Source of the DNA: Malacoraja senta
Taxonomy: Eukaryota
Reading direction: 5' to 3'
DNA: 64,000 nucleotides
NCBI GenBank assembly: GCA_038087875.1
Contig: CM075995.1
Location: 11,224,001-11,288,000 of the forward strand
Below the pieces are notes generated by a model. That model did not search any database. It saw only the letters and a program-made list of their open reading frames with translations, and was not told the origin of the DNA. The position numbers and the translations under genes are program-made. Positions 50,274 through 62,780 of the stretch are shown here, in pieces (within the stretch, counting starts at the first letter, position 1; each line of letters starts with the position of its first letter).

Positions 50274-53256
50274 AAACATAGAAACATAGAAACATAGAAA
50301 ATAGGTGCAGGAGTAGGTCATTAGGCCCTTCGAGCCTGCACCGCCATTCAATATGATCATGGCTGATCATCCAACTCAGTATCCCGTACCTGCCTTCTCT
50401 CCATACCCACTGATCCCTTTAGCCACAAGGGCCACATCTAACTCCCTCTTAAATATAGCCAATGAACTGGCCTCAACTACCCTCTGTGGCAGAGAGTTCC
50501 AGAGATTCACCACTCTCTGTGTGAAAAAGTTTTTCCTCATCTCGGTCTTAAAGGATTTCCCCCTTATCCTTAAGCTGTGACCCCTTGTCCTGGACTTCCC
50601 CAACATCGGGAACAATCTTCCTGCATCTAGCCTGTCCAACCCCATAAGAATTTTGTACGTTTCTATAAGATCCCCTCTCAATCTCCTAAATTCTAGCGAG
50701 TATAAGCCAAGAATTCTAGCGAGTATAAGCGAGTTTCAGCCGTCTCTGTTGTTACGGCGAGAATTTTCTTTCCTTTTCACGCTCTTTCCTTTTTAGTTCA
50801 TCAAGTTGCATTTGTACCAGTTTTCTTTGCACCTTCTCCTGCTGGTCTGTCAGTCTTTTCTTATCTTTGCGATATTTGTCGACTGCATGGACCAAGTAGT
50901 CCCTGAACTGGACGTGGGGTATAGTTGACAATCTCACCACCTCCTCCAGCCTGAACTTTACTTGAGAGGGCATGGCATCCACAACATCAGCTCATTGCCG
51001 TCTATTCCTTGTTCGGTTTCAAGTCTCCACTTTTTCAACTGACCCTCTAGATACGCTGCTGGGTTCTCTGTGTCCCCCAGTGAGTCCCCCTTTAATGCAT
51101 TGGGGTCCACTTTAAGCGGGTAACTGTACCTGAGGGCCTGCCATACCACCTGCCTGACTTGGTCAAATGGTTGGCCGTCAACCAGTGGATTATTCGCTAC
51201 GTCTTTTACACCTGCCTTTTCCAGGAGTTCCGCCAGTTTCGTGGTTCCTATTACTTTCACCAGTAGTGCCTTCAAATCTCCCATAGCCAATAGTCGTCCT
51301 GTGGTTTCCTCCTCAAAGGCCCTTATCCATTTTCCTGCCCCATCATATATGTTAGGCAGATATGTTTTTCAGCCCTTCGAGGTCCTGTGTCCCCCAAGGA
51401 ACATACTGTGTCTGTCCTGCTCACAAGCAACGGCATCACTCTACTCTCCCGCACCTGTCTTGTTTCTACTTCCCACTCTGGGGATTCTATTTGTAAACTC
51501 TACCATGCTGATCTTTCTCGGGCCGCTTCTCTTCTCTCCTTCTCTAGGCGTGCTCCCAATTTCTTTAATCTAATCTCCACCTGATCCATGGACTCCTTTA
51601 TCCTTCTTCTATGCTCCCTTTCTTCCATATCTCTCTTATCGCTTTCCGATTCTGATTTTACTTCGGAGTCACGTGAGTGATTCTGTGAAGAAGCCCCGCC
51701 AGTGCGCATGCGTGTCATATCGTCGTTCGCATTGCGAAGCACCGGACTGGCAGGGCATCGCTCCTGCCGGCGGTAAGTTTAAAACTTCAGGTAAGTTTTA
51801 TATCACTTACCAGGTTTTGAATTTCTTGCAGGAACCTCTTTTCACAGAGGTATCCTGCTAGAAATTGGGCGAATTCCGGCGAGTGAACCGGCTATGGGCT
51901 GTGGGGAGACGCCTAGGACAGGGCTGCTTACTGTGTGACAGTGCAGGCCTGTACGAGAGGCCGTGCCAGCAGCACCTGGGACAGGGCTGCTTAATGTCTC
52001 CCTGTTGGAGGGGGAGACCATCACGGGTCAGTGTCCTGCTGACGCCGAATCTGTCACAGCGCCAGCCTACGGGAGAGCCCACGCCAGCAGAGCCTGGGAC
52101 AGGGATGCTAAATGTGTGACAGCGCCGGCCTGGAGAAGAGGTCGTGCCAGCAGTGCCTGGGACAGGGCTGCTTAATGTCTCCCTCTTTGAAGAGGAGAGC
52201 ATGCCGGGTCAGTGTAATTCTGACGCCGAGGCTGAGGGTATAGCCGTGGAGCATACCCCAAGGGATGAAGGGCACGTGTCAGAGGTATCATTTCCTGACA
52301 ACAAAGTTTGCCATCCCAACAGAATGTTCCATCCTGGTATAGGGCCATTGGGGGCCGTATCAGCGCAGGTATCCCAGGGGCCTGTGTCAGCACCTGTTTA
52401 GGGCTGCCTACGAATCGCCCTCTCTAAGGAGGTGAGCGCGAAAGGTCAGATGTGACTTCAGATTCTAAAGATGTCCATGGAACATACTGGAGCACATGTG
52501 TGCTGGCAGTGAACAGCGCTATCAGGGGGATATGAGAGACAGCCGCCGAATCTTCTATTCAGGTAAGGTCTATTCAACAGCAAAAACCTGGGACGAAGCA
52601 AAAGCTGTCGAACCAATCAAGACCAAAGGCGGGCAAAGGTTCATCGGTTCAGAACGTACCCCATGCCTTCATCGGCAGTCAGCGGTTCACTGAAGCTGGT
52701 GGCAGCATGACAGCTGGGCAGAGGTTCCACGCACCCTACCAGTCCTACTCAACAAGGTGGGTCTGGCATTTCCGAAACATGGGTAAGTGGACCACTCACA
52801 AGTTGGTAATAGTTACACTTGTTTGTACAGCACACAAAGGATAAAGGCATTGTCATCTGCTTAGAGGCATCTAACCATGTAAAACAGCACAATACTAGCA
52901 TTCCAAGCAAGTTTGGAATTAGGGCCAGAATTGTAGTTTTCAAGACAGGCTCGGAAATCGGGCCAGAATTATCGTGCGAAGCACCCAGAGAGTGGCCTGT
53001 TCATTATGAAAAATGGAGAATGTCGTTTAACTCGCATATGAACTTTCTTTACTGACTAACAACGGATTCATAAGGGTCTCAAAGATCCATTCTATGCAGT
53101 TCCCATTACAGGGATCATCGGAGACATTGGAAATTATCAAAAATTATCAAAAAATATAACTGTACTAATAACAGTAAAACATTGCAAATTGGGATAAACT
53201 ATTTCCCCAGGTTATTTAACTAATTAGTAAAATCGGTGTTTGGACTCAGAGTTCAA
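50274..53256 (-). repeat. Tandem duplicate (~2983 bp) of CR1 fragment + gag 5' part + ERV-A leader
   Basis: Near-identical to 46790-50273 apart from the Penelope insert, a short indel near 50026/52995 and scattered substitutions. Confidence 0.95.
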
Positions 53257-54452
53257 AAACATAGAAACATAGAAACATAGAAAATAGGTGCAGGAGTAGG
53301 CCATTCGGCCCTTCGAGCCTGCACCGCCATTCAATATGATCATGGCTGATCATCCAACTCGGTATCCCGTACCTGCCTTCTCTCCATACCCCCTGATCCC
53401 TTTAGCCACAAGGGCCACATCTAACTCCCTCTTAAATATAGCCAATGAACTGGCCTCAACTACCCTCTGTGGCAGAGAGTTCCAGAGATTCACCACTCTC
53501 TGTGTGAAAAAGTTTTTCCTCATCTCGTTCTTAAAGGATTTCCCCCTTATCCTTAAGCTGTGACCCCTTGTCCTGGACTTCCCCAACATCGGGAACAATC
53601 TTCCTGCATCTAGCCTGTCCAACCCCATAAGAATTTTGTACGTTTCTATAAGATCCCCTCTCAATCTCCTAAATTCTAGCGAGTATAAGCCAAGTCTATC
53701 CAGTCTTTCTTCATATGAAAGTCCTGACATCCCAGGAATCAGTCTGGTAAACCTTCTCTGCACTCCCTCTATGGCTATAATGTCCTTCCTCAAATTTGGA
53801 GACCAGAACTGTACGCAATACTCCAGGTGTGGTCTCACCAAGACCCTGTACAACTGCAGTAGAACCTCCCTGCTCCTATACTCAAATCCTTTTGCTATGA
53901 AATTGTGAGGAATGGGTTAATAGGTATAGTTGATTGAGACAAGAACCCATTGTCTAGTAGGGAGTATAGTAGGGAGTATAGAACGGAGAATAAGGGGAGT
54001 AAAGGACAAGTACAAATGGTGACTTTTCAAGGATGAGAACAGAGAAGATAGCAACAGCCCAGCATAGAACTAGGGTAAAGGTCAGAAGAAACACTCAGTG
54101 CGCATGGGCAATGAACTTACATGAATATGTACACACACCCACTATGACAAGATGCCTCATTTAAATGCACATGCGATGCATGATATGGGAGGTGTCTTTG
54201 ACGTCGGGTGGACGTTCCAGGACGTTCTCGTGGGAATGTGGGCTTTATGTTATGATTGGAAGAAGCACAATGGGGAGGGATGAGGGTGTGACAATGATAC
54301 CCATTAAATGTATAAAGATGGAAGTCATCCCGATCCTCGGTGTGTCTTGACAGGGGAGACACCCAACTCTGCAGACTTGCTAATAAATAAACTTGTTTCT
54401 CTACATTCTCTACGCATCGTGAGTGTTCTTTCACAACTTGCGCCTGACAGCT

Positions 54453-54472
54453 TGGGGGCTCGTCCTCGGGAT
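54453..54472 (+). promoter_or_regulatory. Primer binding site, tRNA-Pro type
   Basis: TGGGGGCTCGTCC(TC)GGGAT versus canonical TGGGGGCTCGTCCGGGAT. Confidence 0.85.
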
Positions 54473-54826
54473 CCCCACTCCGGCCAGCTGGCGACAGTAT
54501 ACGGAAGAAGGGACGGTGCACCCCGTTGATTTCAACGGTCCCAGACCCCTAGATTGTCGTCAGCAGTTTGAGCGAGTGATATCCAGGACCAGAGATTAGA
54601 GAAACAAGTGGGAGTTCTGATCCGGAGGAAGATCGGGGGGAAATTCGCGAAGGAGCCAAATCGAGTGATTCTTGTGCACAAGACCCGGGTAAGAAAACTG
54701 ACAATTAAGTACTACTCGGGCGATTAAATAAGACCTTGTGGATACCGCCGTGAAGAATTCAGGGGTCTGTACGGGCAAGGCAGGAAAGGCGGGAAAATAG
54801 ATCGGGGGGAAATTCCGATCGGGAGG

Positions 54827-54967
54827 ATGGGCAATGAAAACGGAAAGCCCACAAGGGAGGGGAAGGGCGGTAAGCCCGACCCCAGCATTCTGCCTGATAG
54901 TCCGTTGGGGCGAATGCTGAGCCTCTGGGGGCAGAGAAATACCCAGGAAATTGGAAGACAAAAATGA
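54827..54967 (+). pseudogene. gag: ERV-B gag 5' stub (MGNENGK..LPDSPLGRMLSLWG, 46 aa)
   Basis: MG start and PDSPLG.ML..W matrix motif of class I gags. Confidence 0.65.
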
Positions 54968-57234
54968 TTTGATTCTGTTATATTGAGTTTTAATACATGT
55001 AAAAGATGTTGTATTTATTGAAGTAAGAATGGAACGAATGTGATTTGTGTGTAAAAACCGGTTTGGAATGAAAGAGGAAGTTTATATTTGTGATAATTAT
55101 TTTGTTTATTGTATAAGAGTAAGTAAGTAAGTTTTATTAAAATCAAAAATGTTCACTGGAGGTAGGTGTATGTTCCTTTAAATAAATCAGGTCATGGTGA
55201 AAGGCGCCGAACAGCTGTAAGATAACGATTAATGTTTGTATCCTCGTAAGAAGGGGAAGTTGTGAAACCAGCTTTTGGTTTTTCTGATACTTTTAGATTT
55301 CTAGTCAGTAAAGATAATTTGGAAAATTGTTACTAGTGCTAGGAATTGGACATTTAAAATAGTGGTGAATATGGATTGAAATAATTGGAAATAAGTTAAT
55401 TGGTAAACATTCAAGTTTAGAAAGAAAGGAGAGAGAGGCAGTTAGAAGATAACAGAAGTAGAAAAACGACAGGCGTGAAAGTAATAAAGCAGGAGGAGTC
55501 AGTGGAAGATTTTTGCAAGGAGGCTAGAATATTTGAGAAGCAAGAAATTGAGTTTAGAATTAGAAAGAAGGCATACCAGAAAGGATTAAAGTTGGAAGCA
55601 TTGGGATAAAGTGATGAGACTGCTTTAAAGAGAAAAGAGAAGGACAGACACGGATTATCCCTTGGGGCACCCATAAACTGAAAGGGCTAAAAAATACCTC
55701 ACCCTATATCCCTGATGGGGGAGGAAATGGATTAGGGCTTTGGAGGAGGAGAACGTGGGACGATTATTGATCATGGAAGATTTGAAGGCACTGTTGGTAA
55801 AAGTGATAGGAACCACTAAAGTGACAGAACTGAAGATGGATGGTATAAACTGATACGAACAATGTAACAAGCAATGGCATACTGTTTGACACAGTCAGGC
55901 AGAGGGTATGGCAGACCCTCAGACAATGTTACCCACTTAAGAGGAACCCCAAGGAACAAGGGGAGATACAGAAGGAAAGGCAAATAGCCTATCTGGAAAA
56001 CCAGCTGAAAAGGTGGAGAGTTGATTGATGAACATTATATTATGAACAGGCAGAGGGCATGGCAGGCCCTCAGACAATGTAATCCAGCAGCCTATCTGGA
56101 AAACCAGCTGAAAAGGTGGAGAGTTGATTGATGAACATTATATTATGAACTACTGTGGTGGATGTCATTCTTCTTAAAGTCAAGCAGATTCAGCGAACAG
56201 TTGGTCTCTGCGGTCGAGAAATATCGCAGAGATAGGAAAAAGACTTGCAAACCAGCAGGAGCAGTTGTTGTCAATAAACAATGGACCTAAGTGAGTCCTA
56301 TGACGGAACCAAGCAGGGCCAGAGAATTACATGCCAATAATGAATGTCTTTGGGGTACGTTTCCTCAAAAAGTCCTATCAGGAGTGAAATTAATCTGGAT
56401 ATAAGCCCTAACAGGACTGGGGTCCCCAAGAGAGAAAGGGATTTAAAGGAGGATTTGTTGATATTGTTCCATAAGTAACAAGCGATGTAAGAGAGAGAGA
56501 GATTAAAAATAAAAAAAATACTTCAGAATGTAGGACAGAGTATGATAACCTCGGGAAAAGGCAGGATATAGTTCAGACTAGATTAGGTATAAGCCCTGTA
56601 GTGTCGTTTATGATGAATAAGGTAATTAAGAGGTTTGGTAGACCTACAGAAATCAGCTTTGACAACGGATTGTTTTCATTTAGGGAGTAGCTAAGTTGGC
56701 GATAGAGACCCTTAGAGTAAAATACACATTTGGGTTTGTAACACCTGCAGTCACAGGCATGGTGGAAAGAATAAATGGAACATTGAAGGTTAATATAAAT
56801 AAGATTTGTTTAATTACAAAGTTGAATTGGATCGATGCCCTGCCATTGGCACTGAAGAGATGTTGCATGCAAACTAACCAAGCAGGTAGCACAATGGAGA
56901 GGTCCCTACAAGAGACCGAGTTTGGAACAGTTAAAGATAGAATTTTAAAAGTATATGAAACAGTTAATTATGATATACAAGTCTATTTATGAACAGGAAA
57001 AGTAAAAGCTGTTGGAGGTGGACCAGGAGGAAGGACCCTTTAAACCTGAAGACAAGGTGTATGTATGAGTTTTCTAAACTACCGACCGATGTTCAGGTAG
57101 AAGGTTGATATACCTGGTACCATTTCAATAATACCTGAGGGCTGTCCCGCAGGTATGAATAGATAATAGCCCTGAGGTAAGTGAACAGGAGGAAAAGAGA
57201 TGTGAGAAAAGAGTAGAGTTTGAACAAGAACGTT

Positions 57235-58165
57235 GTTTGACATCAGTGGTGGGCAAAATAATGGAAAGCATACTTAAGACAATATATAAGAATAGGGTAG
57301 GATTAGGAAGAATTAGCATGGATTTGTGATTGTGATGTTTGACTAATCTTGAATTTTTTGAAAAGGTTATTATGGAAATTGATGAGGGTAAAGTGATGGA
57401 TGTTGACTAGATGAACTTCAGTAAGGCCTTTGACAAGGTTCAATAAGGAAATAAGGTTGGTTAAGAAGGGTTAGTAAGGAATAGCAAGATGGATTAAAAA
57501 GTGGCTGTATGGGAGATGTCAGAGAGCAATGGTGGATGGATGTTTGTCAGGTTGGAGGTAAGTGACCAGAGGGGTACCTCGGGGATGTGTGTTGGGTCCA
57601 CTGTTGTTTGTCATGTGAATCAATAATCTGGATGTTGGTGTGGTAAAATAGATTAATAAGTATGTAGATGATACTAAGATAGGTGGTGTTGTGAATAATG
57701 AAGTAGATTTAAAAGTGTACAGAGAGATTTAGGTCATTTGGAAGAATGGGTTGAAACATGACAGATGGGTTTAATGTTGATAAGTATGAGATGATACAAA
57801 TCAAAATTGAATGTACATGGTAAATGATTGTGAATTGAGGAATGAAGTTGAATAGAGGGATCTAGGAATAACTGTGCATGGTTCCCTGAAGGTGGAATTT
57901 CATGAAGATAGGATGGTAAAGAAAGATTTTGGTGTGTTGGCCTTTATAAATCAGAGCATTGTGTATAGAAGTTGGGTTGTAATGTTAAATTGTACAAGGT
58001 ATTGGTGAGGTCAATTGTGGAGTATGGTGTATAATTTTGGTAGGCATAATTATAGGAAAAGGTCAACAAAATAGAGAGAGAGTACAGAGGAGATCAATTA
58101 GAATGTTGACTGGGTTTCAGCAACTAAGACACAGAGAAAGGTTGAACAAGTTAGGTCTTTATTAT
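57235..58165 (+). mobile_element. Diverged CR1 RT fragment carried inside ERV-B
   Basis: Collinear with the reverse complement of about 32490-33470; no CR1 tail or TSD. Confidence 0.85.
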
Positions 58166-58681
58166 TTAGGAACGATAGAAGGGGTCCCAACAAATACAAG
58201 GGAATGATGTATTCCTAAGGAACTATTTACTGGCAGTATCTCGTTCTATTACAGAATTAAGAACCAAGGGGCTGCTGGCACAGAGTCCCCATCTCGACTT
58301 CCAATCCATTCTGTGAAAGCGGGGGACTGGGATCTTGTAACATCATGGAAGGAAGAAAAGCTGCAACCTAAGTGGACTGGACCCTACCTGGTGTTACTGA
58401 CCACGGAGACAGCAGTACGAACAAAAGAAAAAGGGTGGACACACGCAAGCCGATTTAAGGGTCCTGTGGAGGCCCCACCAAACAATATCAGCCCGTGGAC
58501 TGTGCGCAAAGGAGAGGAACCATTGACTTTAATATTTAACAAGAACCCGCGGGAAAAATGAAGATTTCGTGTTGATGGGTCGTGTGTTGGGTGGTTACCC
58601 AACTATGTAAGCATACAGAGTGTTCAAATGCAGGAAAGTGGAAGGATGTGCAGATAGAACAGGGAGAATGAGCCTAAGGAT

Positions 58682-59842
58682 TTGAAGATAATGATAGTAG
58701 CAGGAGAAACAGAATTAAGGCAATTATATGAGGAGGGAATACCTACAGGAGGAAAGGGAGCCAACACCTGGCTTGCCTGGATGATGTACACGGCCAGGAG
58801 TATGCAACACACCAATTGCTACGCCTGTGCCGGAGCTAAGCCTCAGCTGGTTCCAGAACCATTTCCCTTGAATTGGGATAGGACACCTGGGGCTATGCCA
58901 TGTATACTACAGCTATTCACGAATCCCATCCTACCAAAGGATGCGACCTGCCAGAGTTATCATTACCTATTCCCGGCTAGCAACAACAATACAAAGGGCC
59001 GAAGGACAGACCCACGACCTCCTCCATTTAGAACTCCCCTTGGGGAGGAGGGATTTGAGTGCTATACCAGATATAACCCAGATGGACAGGAAATGGGGAA
59101 GGTGCTGAACTGCAATCAGACGTATAACATAACGGCTGAGGAACAGGGGCCACTGTTCAAAAGCTCCTGGCTGAGAAAGCAGATAGTCAGTAGAGCCGAT
59201 GTCTGGTGGTGGTGCGGGGAGAATACCCTGTGGCCCCGGTTACCAGGGTCATGGACGGGAACCTGTACCCTCACACAACTGATGATGCCCTTCACCATAG
59301 CAGTAGAACATGCTGTAGAACTCAATGAAGGAAGCCAACGACAAAAGAGAGGGGTGAGAGGATCATTCGACACACACATATATATAGATGCGATAGGGGT
59401 GCCAAGAGGGGTACCCGATGAATTCAAAGCCAGAAACCAGATAGCTGCGGGCTTTGAGTCCATACTCTTCTGGTGGTCCACACTTAATAAAAATGTGGAC
59501 TGGATCAACTACCTATACTACAATCAACAACGCTTTATAAATTACACTCGAGATGCGGTTGAAGGATTAGCGGAACAACTGACAGATACCAGCCTAATGG
59601 CCTGGCAAAATCGCATGGCCTTAGACATGCTACTGGCTGAGAAGGGAGGGGTGTGTGTAATGTTTGGGGAACAATGTTGCACCTTCATCCCCAACAACAC
59701 TGCTCCTGATGGGTCAGTGTCGAGAGCCCTAGCAGGTCTCACCTCCCTGTCTATCGAATTTAAAACACAGTATGACCAGCGAGAGGAAGATAAGGAGGCG
59801 AAGATTCTGCTGCTAGCATTAGAAAACGGGCAGATAGTCTAA
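58682..59842 (+). CDS. env: ERV-B env ORF lacking signal peptide and membrane anchor (386 codons)
   Basis: CYAC, RQKR, GVPDEFKARNQIAAGFES, WQNRMALDMLLAEKGG, CVMFGEQCC; no TM helix; the ATG at 58558 is followed by a stop at codon 6 and is in a different frame. Confidence 0.75.
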   Translation: MKIMIVAGETELRQLYEEGIPTGGKGANTWLAWMMYTARSMQHTNCYACAGAKPQLVPEPFPLNWDRTPGAMPCILQLFTNPILPKDATCQSYHYLFPASNNNTKGRRTDPRPPPFRTPLGEEGFECYTRYNPDGQEMGKVLNCNQTYNITAEEQGPLFKSSWLRKQIVSRADVWWWCGENTLWPRLPGSWTGTCTLTQLMMPFTIAVEHAVELNEGSQRQKRGVRGSFDTHIYIDAIGVPRGVPDEFKARNQIAAGFESILFWWSTLNKNVDWINYLYYNQQRFINYTRDAVEGLAEQLTDTSLMAWQNRMALDMLLAEKGGVCVMFGEQCCTFIPNNTAPDGSVSRALAGLTSLSIEFKTQYDQREEDKEAKILLLALENGQIV

Positions 59843-62109
59843 ATCAAAGGTTGCGTAGCAAAAGAAAAAGTGTGGATTGTGAGGAATGGGTTAATAGGTA
59901 TAGTTGATTTAGACAAGAACCCATTGTCTAGTAGGGAGTATAGTAGGGAGTATAGAACGGAGAATAAGGGGAGTAAAGGACAAGTACAAATGGTGACTTT
60001 TCAAGGATGAGAACAGAGAAGATAGCAACAGCCCAGCATAGAACTAGGGTAAAGGTCAGAAGAAACACTCAGTGCGCATGGGCAATGAACTTACATGAAT
60101 ATGTACACACACCCACTATGACAAGATGCCTCATTTAAATGCACATGCGATGCATGATATGGGAGGTGTCTTTGACGTCGGGTGGACGTTCCAGGACGTT
60201 CTCGTGGGAATGTGGGCTTTATGTTATGATTGGAAGAAGCACAATGGGGAGGGATGAGGGTGTGACAATGATACCCATTAAATGTATAAAGATGGAAGTC
60301 ATCCCGATCCTCGGTGTGTCTTGACAGGGGAGACACCCAACTCTGCAGACTTGCTAATAAATAAACTTGTTTCTCTACATTCTCTACGCATCGTGAGTGT
60401 TCTTTCACAACTTGCGCCTGACAAAAGCTAACATACCATTCGCTTTCTTCACTGCCTGCTGCACCTGCATGCCTACTTTCAATGACTGGTGTACCATGAC
60501 ACCCAGGTCTCGCTGCATCTCCCCTTTTCCTAATCGGCCACCATTTAGATAATAGTATGCTTTTCTGTTTTTGCCACCAAAGTGGATAATCTCACATTTA
60601 TCCACATGAAACTGCATCTGCCAAACATTTGCCCACTCACCCAGCCTATCCAATCACCTTGCAGTCTCCTAGCATCCTCCTCACAGCTAACACTGCCCCC
60701 CAGCTTAGTGTCATCCGCAAACTTGGAGATGTTGCCTTCAATTCCCTCATCCAGTTCATTAATATAAATTGTAAATAGCTGGGGTCACAGCACTGAGCCT
60801 TGCGGTACCCCACTAGTCACTGCCTGCCATTGTGAAAAGGACCCGCTTACTCCTACTCTTTGCTTCCTGTTTGCCAGCCAGTTCTCTATCCACATCAATA
60901 CTGAACCCCCAATACCGTGTGATTTAAGTTTGTATCCTAATCCCTTATGTGGTACCTTGTCGAAAGCCTTCTGAAAGTCCAGATACAACACATCCACTGG
61001 TTCTCCCCTATCCACTCTACTAGTTACATCCTCGAAAAATTCTATAAGATTCGTCAGACACGATTTACCTTTCGTACATCCATGCTGACTTTGTCCAATG
61101 ATTTCACCACTTTCCAAATGTGCTGCTATCCCATCTTTAATAACTGACTCTAGCAGTTTCCCCACTACCGATGTTAGACTAACTGGTCTGTAATTCCCCG
61201 TTTTCTCTCTCCCTCCCTTCTTAAAAAGTGGGGTTACGTTTGCTACCCTCCAATCCTCAGGAACTATTCCAGAATCTAAAGAGTTTTGACAAATTATCAC
61301 TAATGCATCCACTATTTCTGGAGCTACTTCATTAATACTCTGGGATGCAGCCTATCTGGCCCTGGTGATTTATCGGCCTTTAATCCATTCAATTTACCCA
61401 ACACCACTTCCCAACTAACCTGGATTTCACTCAGTTCCTCCATCTCCTTTGACCCGCGGTCCCCTGCTATTTCCGGCAGATTATTTATGTCTTCCTTAGT
61501 GAAGACGGAACCAAAGTAGTTATTCAATTGGTCCGCCATATCCTTGTTCCCCATGATCAATTCACCTGTTTCTGACTGCAAGGGACCTACATTTGTTTTA
61601 ACTAATCTCTTTCTCTTCACATATCTATAGAAACTTTTGCAGTCAGTTTTTATGTTCCCTGCCAGTTTTCTTTCATAATCTATTTTACTTTTCCTAATTA
61701 AGCCCTTTGTCCTCCTCTGCTTGTCTCTGAATTTCTCCCAGTCCTCTGGTGTGCTGCTTTTTCTGGCTAATTTGTACGCATCATCATTTGCTTTGATACT
61801 ATAATGGGGGTACTATACTCATACCCTCAAAGTTACCTTTCTTTAAGTTCAGAACCATTGTTTCTGAATTAACAATGTCACTCTCCATCCTAATGAAGAA
61901 CTCAACCATATTATGGTCACTCTTGCCCAAGGGGGCACGCACAACAAGACTGCTAACTAACCCTTCCTCATTACTCAATACCCAGTCTAGAATAGCCTGC
62001 TCTCTCGTTGGTTCCTCTACATGTTGGTTTAGATAACTATCCCGCATACATTCCAAGAAATCCTCTTCCTCAGCACCCCTGCCAATTTGATTCACCCAAT
62101 CTATATGTA

Positions 62110-62780
62110 ATAATAATAATAATAATAACTTTATTTATAAAGCACTTTATACAACTGCAGTTGCCACAAAATGCTGTATATGAGAACTCATGGACAAGAA
62201 GTTATTACAAACCATTAAAAACCGTAAAACGAAGGACTATAAAACAGTAAAAATTAAAAGACATTAAAAGCACTAAAAACAGGAGCAATGTCTCAGCCAG
62301 TGTCGAAACCCAGAGAATAAAAGTGAGTTTTTCAGGTGGATTTGAAGATGGACAGTGAGGGGGCCTGTCTGATGTGCAACGGCAAGGTGTTCCAGAGTGC
62401 CGGAGCAGCAACAGAGAAGGCTCTATCCCCTCTGAGCTTCCGCTTAGACCTCGGTACCTCCAGGAGCAGCTGATCAGCTGACCTGAGGCACCGGGCAGGA
62501 GCATATAGGTGGAGCAGCTCAGAGAGCTAAGGCAGGGCGAGCCCATTCAAAGATTTAAAAACAAATAAAAGAATTTTAAAATGAACTCGAAAGTGCACTG
62601 GGAGCCAGTGAAGGGAGGCCAAAAATTGGCGTAATGTGCTCCCTCTTTTGAGTTCCGGTTAAAAGGCGAGCGGCTGCATTTTGGTCCAGCTGGAGACGAG
62701 CCAATGAAGCTCGTGCGACTCCAGAGTAGAGTGCGTTACAGTAATCCAGCCTAGATGTAATAAAGGCATGGATTACTGTA
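62110..62780 (-). mobile_element. L2-clade LINE 3' fragment in CR1b
   Basis: IHAFITSRLDYCNAL..LQL.QNAAAR; (TTA)n tail; TSD ATGTA at 62105-62109 / 62781-62785. Confidence 0.88.

Larger units (their letters stand above)
35803..53256 (-). mobile_element. ERV-A: decayed fish-type class I provirus (ZFERV/SSSV-like); 5' LTR not in window
   Basis: Leader-gag-TAG-pro-RT-RNaseH-IN-env-PPT order; PPT aaatgggggaat at about 36171-36182; truncated 3' LTR 35803-36170 with ~52-bp repeats. Confidence 0.92.
53904..60423 (+). mobile_element. ERV-B: young non-autonomous chimeric LTR element (6520 bp)
   Basis: 546-bp LTRs 53904-54449 and 59878-60423, TG..CA, one visible mismatch; TSD AAAT/AAAG; PBS; PPT at 59860-59877. 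Confidence 0.95.

Noticed and set aside
54117..54529. ORFs within ERV-B LTRs as accessory genes
   Set aside because: No recognisable motifs; repeated only because the LTRs are identical.
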